DNA from: a virus
Direction: 5' to 3' (one strand)
DNA: 64,000 bases
Virus record (IMG/VR): IMGVR_UViG_3300049893_002799
Location: 17,273 to 81,272 of that record
Shown here: positions 39,401 through 46,504 of the stretch, piece after piece
Layout of the letters: every line of letters starts with the position of its first letter
How positions within the stretch are numbered: the first letter of the stretch is position 1
Notes under the pieces: generated by a model
Databases searched by the model: none
What the model was told of the DNA's origin: nothing
The model's input: the letters and a program-made list of their open reading frames with translations, nothing else
Translations under genes and position numbers: made by a program

Positions 39401-40962
39401 CGGTCTTGTGGGGGCGTCCCATCGACCGACATAATTAGGTTGCCACCAACAATTATGTTCCAAGAAGAAAAAGGTGTGGTCAAGAGCGACGCTGCCTTCT
39501 CCTTCTCGTTAAGAAGAGTATTGTTGTGATATAGACGAATATAAGAGTATGCGTTTGTTGGAAACTTCAGTATATTGTTCGCAAATAGTGTCTCATCATC
39601 AGTCGAGCGCAGCGGAGATACCTGAATAACTTCAGCTGCATGATCAACAGGAAACAATAGGATTCGACTCGATGTTTCTGTAAATATTGCCTTAAAAGTT
39701 TCAGATTGGTTGTTTATAGCAACAATTACTTCTGATATGGTTGCAGCAGAGATATTAAGAAACTGTGAGGTTTCAAATGTTACAGCTTCCTCTGCACCGT
39801 CGACGATAACACGCAATTGCATGCCGTCAACAAGTTCATATGGGCCATCAGCAGTATTGACAACCTGAGGGCGCGGTAAAGGATAATTGGCTAGCTGTAG
39901 AAATTCCTCGTTACCAGCAGCTTCGCTCAGAAGAACGTCAACACTCTGTCCTGCATAAGATGGCTGAAAACCAGATCCGTCATCGATATATAGTATGGAC
40001 GGGTCGCCAATCTTTGGTGGCTCGGTGATTGTAGCAGTAGCAACCTGCTTCCCATCTTCTGAGTCAGAGACCCCAACAATTGCAGATATGATGGCCGCAG
40101 ATGTTCCGCGAGCTAAAGTGTTAGCATATGACTTGATGCGTTCGCGAAATGCATCGTCAGTTTCAACATCTCGTCCATCAGAGAGTGATGAGGTGTTATA
40201 TACTGTTGCTCCAGCAAACGGCAGCGACGTGAAATTAGTAATTGTGTTGATACCCGCATTATTGCGAGCTCCAGCTAGAAGCGATACTATGCTTATTCCC
40301 GTAGCAGTGTCTTCGCCGGATGGGATAACTGCATCACGTAGTGTACGGAATTCAATAATCGGGTTCTGGTTGTTGGCAGGAATATATACCACGGTTCCAG
40401 CCGGAACAAGTCTGTCCACTGTACCCTGTGAGTCGACAACCACATCAGATATCAAATGATCTTTCTGTAGTGCAGAACCAAGATTGATAGTGAAAAATGA
40501 GCCATTGTTAACTATGCTGGTATATGGAACTGGACCCTCAAAACTGTTTGTGCCTCTACCAATAAATAGGTTGCCAGTTGGAGACCAGGCCGACGCGTCA
40601 TTGACATATATTACAGTCGATCCAGCGATTGGTGCAGCTTTAACTTGATATAGACCAGTACTGCGCTTTGTGATACTAGTATCTTGAATAGTTACAAAAC
40701 CAGTAGATCGAGTTGCAGGGGTTCTTACTAAACCATAGTCAGCACCCCTCGCATCAAGGTCGCTGTTCCTGGTCGCATCTATGTTCAACAATTCTAATAC
40801 ATTGAGGATGGATGCGTTGTTCTCGAAGTCAACTTGGGCAGCAGCCTCAAGGACAGAGAGAAGGACTGAACCGACATTCACATCGTTAAGCGGTGTATCG
40901 GCGATGATCTTTCGCACCATTTCGCCAAGAATCTGATTATAACTCTTGATATCTATTGCCAT
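33412..40962 (-). CDS. giant baseplate J-like wedge protein (2516 aa)
   Basis: N-terminal DVNVGSVLLSVLEAAA, LDARGADYGLVR.PA, GRDVETDDAFRERI, RGT; C-terminal IKSAIINYINTLGVG...GITGV. Confidence 0.82.
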   Translation of the reverse strand: MAIDIKSYNQILGEMVRKIIADTPLNDVNVGSVLLSVLEAAAQVDFENNASILNVLELLNIDATRNSDLDARGADYGLVRTPATRSTGFVTIQDTSITKRSTGLYQVKAAPIAGSTVIYVNDASAWSPTGNLFIGRGTNSFEGPVPYTSIVNNGSFFTINLGSALQKDHLISDVVVDSQGTVDRLVPAGTVVYIPANNQNPIIEFRTLRDAVIPSGEDTATGISIVSLLAGARNNAGINTITNFTSLPFAGATVYNTSSLSDGRDVETDDAFRERIKSYANTLARGTSAAIISAIVGVSDSEDGKQVATATITEPPKIGDPSILYIDDGSGFQPSYAGQSVDVLLSEAAGNEEFLQLANYPLPRPQVVNTADGPYELVDGMQLRVIVDGAEEAVTFETSQFLNISAATISEVIVAINNQSETFKAIFTETSSRILLFPVDHAAEVIQVSPLRSTDDETLFANNILKFPTNAYSYIRLYHNNTLLNEKEKAASLLTTPFSSWNIIVGGNLIMSVDGTPPQDRSFSTTDFGGSPFASLTLEDWVTAFNNKYAGITATATSSGRMQIISNKEGSSSALIIEGGTYFDKFFSNQEISAVGQNSDFELNRQTGNLRILRDIAMGDTVTAGTDDAKGSFTSSETITGNFNVSLDSNNRAAELLVVADAQKVEPRFGVGLAIGNTITVTDQGSDVMRLMSDSLSAFDAAQPHDYIYIASRGIGSWIDPANCGLYRIISKGEHTTASTDSYIEVKNVNIVPGVHVVLASEDIQIFSSDEYPQLWKGSFTATPPSATIQNIVDTINSNLVNVRASIFKTDAIKISSTTEDEGSIALPVSSGNSTLLFESQQGQNEGNPSHIANRVSSKDAVTFFKITEPTNESADAVPNKNVWLDRVTYSDIGGNLTSSAVPGTEGIDTYSEELQSTDNLDPAVVDYDDVINNLSGNNKGHYRSVRDKLATDKVGTQHALPRTLMDYSAGDRFNLMRPVSINAEDSIVLILDQDSVAKTIDIKMSRTGRISSSFPPTDLSFSAHDVDNEPGITFSSLQVWGKTANKTEFKDYAVWFRSRNWYVSGGATSGGGAMLLRAREYGPHGDNYRFRIEYPTFPNQNSLVSHDTTPDYTTDTYVFGSGVIKATGVTAGDQISVTSLGGDDYRLTFLNPATNLATVVVGDIISMLADSGISIQNRGQFRIKGVNNLTKTVDVYNPNGAVTGVGSPEVSTVTTIADIVGSKTVVQFSGFTHVSGNPADINEDEYFELYDSAGKVAVVFDTDSIVNPPAFYGGANRIIVVKALGTDSDITVAAKTAAAITADPEFDAIAAGLVVTVTNADEGLFGTPTVGNLGATLTATILVAGSNPSSVDGKYFILPDVDGTVAFWYDVTGVTPQPLHGASRAVRIPTVAAGDGANTIATKTAVVINSDSAYASATVLANVITVTDGADGGRTGQSAGTSGFTVAQSVSGVNPVDETVAIATSIMIFSLTGTAVSDIVSKINSDSNILYAAEVDGTNPITKATRDEEYVPAGPNNYSLSLSYGHDPDPLNSINGYVSLYDGLSWVKQFENTAPNFTLKKALILQGVAPTAYSLDTAPNHDTADLGEFFKLVPVTLNNVYHHFTQKALSQLPIVSDISISNAIRKVQIKSKQLGSDGAVEVIGGNANSVDLSIFGDGQVSPGASKDFLEVKTAAFPVTLTKGDYVEVVNAQPTKRLSRLQLSDTIDVFKGVGSNVEYRWNHKDTQFSPYVRWTIADQSTTYGRPAGTIWRWTHNDGGSYFDITAVVNGAASIGPDDEIAAGITDAANLQFELFTLGINDLVVPPFTPGTKQHFRLTVSGVPTQADYFTFQTAGGVTFAVWFDVNNAGTAPTGATYIAATNKIEVDILSTDTEDQIVSALAIKLLSTPAFLTHFTGSQTQGANLDDVVAGDLLCAYNTFPGGWSSGNKAKSTGDTNVAGLPIINVNAASRYVDVVNPSGVAMTNQAIGTGSVNIAPSPIIRWNLKHSAKAAIVQISTVNLSTTYTVSTTSPHGLKEGDSTDISDNPLYSGATVTKTVVSVISPTQFTYTDVAAGSTATYLKGHVIKNGAAITRYAVESLGFNNLYKIRHIDGDAPGFIDCGIAIDDTLVISGDTFKSTNSGTFRILGVSNDALIFQNEIAVEELDTLVAFNNLDISVNWTSNSDQVIGIAGSFKNLATGDWVKKKEDDETLYRQVIGKNTGSFDTATIIYLGGNYQGTTATSIGVSLDQNSDINKGVYLSSINDIQVFEGDSARIDDTLFVDNIANTNWFSSVNSGSFNIVQIGSTSDCRPFVRIENSAGQSQTARQISVSPIGYFLLEGEKNTYRSMRRVEHTAIDVFNENRRQIFMVPATRAYKIAQANGSQIQPIGKLDYSTDVTTGIDGYTYYTGLMRTVQRIVDGYEPDSITYPGRRAIGGIIETLPPLIKRVSMTLQVTTNEGVNLNDVTNDIKSAIINYINTLGVGNDAILAEVIVRVMGITGVEAVTVSSLLATTEGRIPVSDNERAFIEPSDISVA

Positions 40963-40971
40963 TATTTTACC

Positions 40972-42555
40972 TTAACCAATATTTACAGCAAAATTAAGCG
41001 GTAAGAGAGATCCCGATCCTGCTAATCTAACTACTAGAGAAATTATAGCAGAACCTTGCCTAACTGTCACATCGATTGTCTCAACTCTGGAAAATCGACT
41101 GTCTGCGTTCACCATATCATTTATACCTGTAACTAGAGCATTCTTTATTACAGTTGGATCTGTAGCTCGTGCCCCGAGAATAGCAGGTAACCCAAAGCTA
41201 GGGTGCCTCGGGTTTTGCCCTTTCTCAGATACCATCTTAAGCTGTATAGCCTGCATTGCATTGCTTAGTCCATAACTAAGCTGCAAATCTCCTGATGCAG
41301 TAAATGATAAATCATTGTCGGCAGTAAGAAGAAGGTCTACACCTGCACGCTTCTCGTCTTCACTTTTTGAAGCTAGAAAAAACGGCACTTCTTTTGTTGA
41401 TTGGTTTGATACCGGGTTCTCAGATGGTAGCATTACCATGAAGTTGCTGTTGATAGTGTTGGGCTTAAAAACGCGAACATGCGCGTTGTCAACAGTCTGA
41501 TATAGCCCTAGATTTGCTTCGCCACTCAACTCTATAACTAGCTCGCCTGATATAGGTACTTCTTTGATACTAAGTATGGTTCGTTGATCTGGGAACTTAA
41601 CAACATTGGATTGAAGGAATACAACCTGGTTGATGTATACCTTATCCCGGTTTGGCTTCCCGTCAACATCGAGTCCAGCGATGTTTATCTGACTTCCACT
41701 TCCGTTAGATATTAGCGGAACAGCTTGACCTATCTCATCTATGTATGGAGGTCGAAGTCCGTTAGCTATAGCAATCTCTATCCATCGATCAGCGTTGCCA
41801 AGATACCTACTCGCAAGATCCTGGAGACTATCACCAAAATGCATCCGAACAAGCTGTCCAGATAAGGCAGTTCTGATCTCTATATCAGGATTGTTAGCGT
41901 TTGCTCGTGCTAGCGCAAATGGATCTACGTTTGTGGTTGATAGGCCCGCAGTGTTTGCTAGGATATAATCTACTGTTATTATTGCTTTCTGCAGAGTCTG
42001 CATGTCCGTAACATCTTTAATTCGCGCAGAACGCAGCTGGGCAACAGAGCTTCTATCAAAAGTTAAATTATAGTCAGAATCAGATAGCCCCACTGTATCT
42101 GATATCTCGTCTCGACCGTTCGCTAAATCTGCCCTAATTCTTTCAAAATCCGTTTTGATAAATCGGCGCACCTTATTTAACTTATTAGCAGTAACAGTCT
42201 CTTCTTCTTTTGTCATGGGAATACTGGCTACATTTATGGATTCCCATACAGAGTAGTAGTCAGTTAATATGGTCTTTTTAGAAAAAGGGTTTACCTTACG
42301 GTTGGCCTCGTGACGCTGAATCCGTATTAGCTGAGATAGTGAATCGATTTGAGCCGTCAACAAATCTGGGTAGCTGTATGTTGCTACTTTTTTCTTAAGA
42401 TCTTCGACAACAAACTCCCAGTTATCACGGAAATAATTCCAGCGAGTTGGAATAATCTCTGGCATATCGGCTAGCGTTAATGGTTTCCCAGAACGGTCGT
42501 TATACCATATCTTTAACTCGCTTAAGGAGCTAAATGCTTTGTCGACTTGTGACAT
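40972..42555 (-). CDS. baseplate protein, LysM-like + gp25 (GPW_gp25)-like fusion
   Basis: GDSLQDLASRYLGNADRWIEIAIANGL; C-terminal GLSNAMQAIQLKMVSEKG...HPSFGL, DSRFSRV. Confidence 0.75.
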   Translation of the reverse strand: MSQVDKAFSSLSELKIWYNDRSGKPLTLADMPEIIPTRWNYFRDNWEFVVEDLKKKVATYSYPDLLTAQIDSLSQLIRIQRHEANRKVNPFSKKTILTDYYSVWESINVASIPMTKEEETVTANKLNKVRRFIKTDFERIRADLANGRDEISDTVGLSDSDYNLTFDRSSVAQLRSARIKDVTDMQTLQKAIITVDYILANTAGLSTTNVDPFALARANANNPDIEIRTALSGQLVRMHFGDSLQDLASRYLGNADRWIEIAIANGLRPPYIDEIGQAVPLISNGSGSQINIAGLDVDGKPNRDKVYINQVVFLQSNVVKFPDQRTILSIKEVPISGELVIELSGEANLGLYQTVDNAHVRVFKPNTINSNFMVMLPSENPVSNQSTKEVPFFLASKSEDEKRAGVDLLLTADNDLSFTASGDLQLSYGLSNAMQAIQLKMVSEKGQNPRHPSFGLPAILGARATDPTVIKNALVTGINDMVNADSRFSRVETIDVTVRQGSAIISLVVRLAGSGSLLPLNFAVNIG

Positions 42556-43541
42556 TAGAATATCCCCGCAATACCGCTAACAAGCGTACTCGCATTTCCC
42601 GCTATATCCGTCATACTAGAAAACAGCGATCCGTTAAAACCTTCTAATCCAAGTTGAGCTTTCAAGTTTTCTGCAGCCACAGATGCATTAACATTTTGCA
42701 GGTTGAAGCCGCGCATACGAATACTATAGTTGTACAGCATTGGGTTTTCTGCTGATCTTGTCATCGTGAACGAGATAGGTACAACATCGTACCTAACTTG
42801 GTCTTTATAATTAAGAAACTGCAGAGGATGGGTTTCACGCTTCTGAGTATTAAAAAGCGGAAGACTACCAGGCAATAGTGGACCTACAAAACCCTGCAGC
42901 ATACTTGAATCAGATGTGCGAGCAGCATCATTTTTGTATCGTAGTAAAAATTTATAGAAGTTATGAAAAGCATAGTACCCACTTTGTTCAGGTCGTATAC
43001 CTGTTTCATTAGCATTGCCACCTACTATGTTTGATGCAAGATTGGCAGCAGCGCTAATAGTGTTACTTACTTCAGGCAAAAACCCTCCTAAAGCCCCAGA
43101 AAGTTTGCTCGCTAGTCCTGGCTCAAAGCTCGTTCTGCCCATTGACGGTGTTCCAGGGTTTAGAGGATTCGGTAGCGGAACACCTGGGATTTTAAGCGAT
43201 GCTTGACTTCCGGTGGTAGAATTTACTGCAAATGGGGTCACATATTTAGGGGCAATACCCGTATTACCAGATATTACGATGTCGTAATAACGAACTTCAG
43301 AATGTTCTTCTATAACACCATACAGCGTGGTTACTATGTTAGTAGCATAGTGGGTAGTTATATTGATATTATTTGGTGCTATAGGGAGCCAGAATGTCTG
43401 CTTAGCCAACTCTCCTGGCTTAGTTGTTGCATCAAAAAATGCAAAGCCGTATGGGTAGGATTTATACCAGCGACTAGGGTCAGTTTCGTACGGACCGTTG
43501 GTATCGTTGGTGTTTAAAATATTATTGATGCTAAAAGACAT
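42555..43541 (-). CDS. baseplate/tube initiator-like protein
   Basis: PIAPNNINIT, TTLYG, ISGNTG, FTMTRSAENPMLYNYSI; position between spike and LysM-gp25. Confidence 0.6.
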   Translation of the reverse strand: MSFSINNILNTNDTNGPYETDPSRWYKSYPYGFAFFDATTKPGELAKQTFWLPIAPNNINITTHYATNIVTTLYGVIEEHSEVRYYDIVISGNTGIAPKYVTPFAVNSTTGSQASLKIPGVPLPNPLNPGTPSMGRTSFEPGLASKLSGALGGFLPEVSNTISAAANLASNIVGGNANETGIRPEQSGYYAFHNFYKFLLRYKNDAARTSDSSMLQGFVGPLLPGSLPLFNTQKRETHPLQFLNYKDQVRYDVVPISFTMTRSAENPMLYNYSIRMRGFNLQNVNASVAAENLKAQLGLEGFNGSLFSSMTDIAGNASTLVSGIAGIF

Positions 43542-43578
43542 AAAACCTCCTACCTAATTATATAAGGTAAGTAGTAAG

Positions 43579-44664
43579 TTAATCTGCACTACTGGTTATA
43601 GTAGGATCGTCGTCGCCTGCCAACTCAAAAGAGTCAGCATCTTTCAGAGACCCCTTAACAAGACTAAGTTTTATCTTTAATGGTAGTACCTGTGCAGCCC
43701 ACGTGGGTGCCGCCATTAAAGGCGTACATGTACCTACTGGACTCGTCACAACAAGGGATCCAAGGGCATCTATCAGCTGAATAAGTCCATCGAATAGTTC
43801 AAACTGATCATTACCGATAGCCACCTGTGTACCCTTGATGCTAACTTGCAATGATTGCATAGATAAACCAACAGTTGATTTGATAGAAGCTGTTGTCGAT
43901 ACATCCATCACCGATTTGCCTGCCTTAACACTGAAGCTACCTATAGCAGGATTGCCGCCGAGCTCTATTTGGGTAGATCCGGATTTTAGGATGATTGATC
44001 CGCTTACGATATTTTTATGTATCTTTATGAACTGCGACTTATCGGACGCTATCCAGCTACCGTTATCACTGAAGCCGAAATATGAGCCACCAGTCAAGGG
44101 GTTGTAAATAGGTGGCTGTATATCTACGCCTGTTGGAGGAAGCTTTAATAAGGCTTCATCTGCCGGTGTGTAGCCTTTGAAGGTTACCTTATAGCTTCCG
44201 CTGTTAGCTATGCTTGTTTCTATACCATTAAACTCAGATAGGTATGCAATATTATCTTTCTTGAGTTTTGGCTCACGAGCATAATGAGATAAACCGCCAA
44301 GTATCACGCCTTCCTTCGATTTTCCGTTAAGAAACGCGACTACCACCACATCACCAGATCTAGCTTTATATTGGGTAAAGGCGGTTGGGAGTTGTGTATA
44401 TGCTGTAGATGCGGCCCAACCTCGTACTCCGTACTCTTCAAAATTATGGGCACCACCAAATTTAACCATCTGTGTACAGCCTGCCAGAATTATTTTTCCG
44501 TCAGCATGTACTTCGACGCTATACATTATGCCACGTTCGGTCTCCATGGCCTCACGAACTATGCCGACACGAATAGAGTTATCAAGACCGCGCACTGCAG
44601 ATAATGAGCTTTTATCAGGCAGTATAGAACTATCTCTGACAATGTAGTCATAATCGGAGTTCAT
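43579..44664 (-). CDS. baseplate central spike (gpV/gp5-like OB fold + beta helix)
   Basis: GDVVVVAFLNG...GVILGGL OB-fold motif; follows the hub gene. Confidence 0.7.
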   Translation of the reverse strand: MNSDYDYIVRDSSILPDKSSLSAVRGLDNSIRVGIVREAMETERGIMYSVEVHADGKIILAGCTQMVKFGGAHNFEEYGVRGWAASTAYTQLPTAFTQYKARSGDVVVVAFLNGKSKEGVILGGLSHYAREPKLKKDNIAYLSEFNGIETSIANSGSYKVTFKGYTPADEALLKLPPTGVDIQPPIYNPLTGGSYFGFSDNGSWIASDKSQFIKIHKNIVSGSIILKSGSTQIELGGNPAIGSFSVKAGKSVMDVSTTASIKSTVGLSMQSLQVSIKGTQVAIGNDQFELFDGLIQLIDALGSLVVTSPVGTCTPLMAAPTWAAQVLPLKIKLSLVKGSLKDADSFELAGDDDPTITSSAD

Positions 44665-46502
44665 TATACTAGTCCTTTCCCTTTATTCAGCTTTTGAACA
44701 TCTGGATCAGAGTTAACCGATGAACCAAATGTATTGCTGTTGCGCTCATCTTCAGGAGTAAGTAGTGATGCAGATTTATCAATTGCTCCGGCCTCTATAC
44801 CATGTGCTGGATACATTGATTTACCATTTGCATCAGAGATAACACCTCTAACAAACTGTATAGTTGTAGAGAATGTTCTAGCACCAGTTTCTTGATTAAC
44901 TGAGAAAGAGTGCATGATGTTTTCTACATGTGCGAGCAGGTATAGCTTTTTTCCAAATATGTTTGCTTTTTGACCAAAATTAAGCGGAGCATTACCTAGC
45001 ACTTGTGCGTCGACTATGATGTTGTCCCCAACCTGAATATATTGATTCTGGCCTATTATTGTCATAGAGCCGTTTAACATCATGTGATTATTGAAATACC
45101 ATTCTCTTAATAAGTATTTCCAGTGACCGAGCTTATCTATTGCAATTTGTGAGCCCTCGAATGGTAAAAACGAGCACTGCACAAACATCGGTTTAAAGCC
45201 ATCGCGTTGAAACCCTGGCACATCAACTGTTTGACCATCAATTTTAGCAAGTAGACTCTGAGCATCGGGTATCAATTGAGCATTTGGCCGCATCTCTATA
45301 AAATTAACCTTGTCTCTCCAGTTGGTGCCATAATTAATGTTTACAACATCTTCAAGAGGAATTTCTAATCGCCTAACATTTTCAAACTTATTCTCGAGAT
45401 CTCTTACAGTAGATTGCGCAGCAAGTGCTTTAGGTTCTAAAGATAGCGCAGCTATTTGTGCTAAATAGCCAGTTCTAGTCACAAAAGGTCTAATTCGGTG
45501 ATATAGAGTAAAGTATGGCTGATCCTGTCCATCCCACCGAATATCATTCACGAGCTCGTATAGTGCAGTGTTCGAGGCATCTGTTAAAAGCTGCCAGAAT
45601 GTATGCTTTCCAATAAACTGATCTGGGTTTAGAACTCCATACGAGTCATCGACCTCCTCGTATTTTATTCCTTTAACTTTAGGATCGTCGAACTGGGTAA
45701 GTCGCCCATGCTGTCTATGTATTATTTCGGCAAAATTAACTTTCGTTGGACCAATTGGGATACCGGCAATAGTTAAACCTTGCCTCATAAATTTTGCAAC
45801 TTCACTAGGTAGTTGAAACTGTGTACCAGAAGAGAGTAGAAGTTTATTTACAGTTGGATTGCCTGCCTCTGCTATTATATTTTCAGAATTGGATATGGCA
45901 GTCCCGCCGAGCATACCCCATAAATTGATTACAGTATCCACGGTTTCTTTCGATGTAGGCAGCTTCTTTTCTTTAGCTAGAGTTTCATATTGCTGTAGTC
46001 CCAGTATTGTATAAGCCTGTGCTATTGAATTACCGGTTAGTATATGCTGTATAGAGTAATCAATATATAGATTTGACTCAAAAACACTCCCCCAGTCTTG
46101 TCCAGTAACAACAAAAACAGTCGAGCGCGCACCAGTTTCCTGATTTACCTCAACTACAGCTCTTACTGAATCTATTCGACCAAGCATCTTAAAGCTGTGT
46201 TGCTGCGCAACACCTACATTTTCTTTTGACATTGAAGGAAGCGGGTCTCGGGACATCAAGATGGCACACCAGCTACCAGGAGTAATTCTGGATACCCAGT
46301 TGAACCTTGGTGCCAATCGAAACTCAAACGATCCGGCTGGTGAAGATTTTCTTTTTGTTGTAGAAACAGATATTAGTGATGAGGTGCCGATAATAACTTG
46401 CTCTACGGCATGAGTAAGCACAGATGTGCCATCAGCGTTACCACGATTATCGTAACTCCATATTAGTACAGCGGCATGTGGAGTAATTAACTTAGATTTC
46501 AT
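44664..46502 (-). CDS. baseplate hub protein (gp27-like)
   Basis: GRIDSVR, TGQDWG, NGSMTIIG...IQVGDN, HVENIMHSF, TTIQFVRG; directly after the tape measure gene. Confidence 0.7.
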   Translation of the reverse strand: MKSKLITPHAAVLIWSYDNRGNADGTSVLTHAVEQVIIGTSSLISVSTTKRKSSPAGSFEFRLAPRFNWVSRITPGSWCAILMSRDPLPSMSKENVGVAQQHSFKMLGRIDSVRAVVEVNQETGARSTVFVVTGQDWGSVFESNLYIDYSIQHILTGNSIAQAYTILGLQQYETLAKEKKLPTSKETVDTVINLWGMLGGTAISNSENIIAEAGNPTVNKLLLSSGTQFQLPSEVAKFMRQGLTIAGIPIGPTKVNFAEIIHRQHGRLTQFDDPKVKGIKYEEVDDSYGVLNPDQFIGKHTFWQLLTDASNTALYELVNDIRWDGQDQPYFTLYHRIRPFVTRTGYLAQIAALSLEPKALAAQSTVRDLENKFENVRRLEIPLEDVVNINYGTNWRDKVNFIEMRPNAQLIPDAQSLLAKIDGQTVDVPGFQRDGFKPMFVQCSFLPFEGSQIAIDKLGHWKYLLREWYFNNHMMLNGSMTIIGQNQYIQVGDNIIVDAQVLGNAPLNFGQKANIFGKKLYLLAHVENIMHSFSVNQETGARTFSTTIQFVRGVISDANGKSMYPAHGIEAGAIDKSASLLTPEDERNSNTFGSSVNSDPDVQKLNKGKGLV

Positions 46503-46504
46503 CT

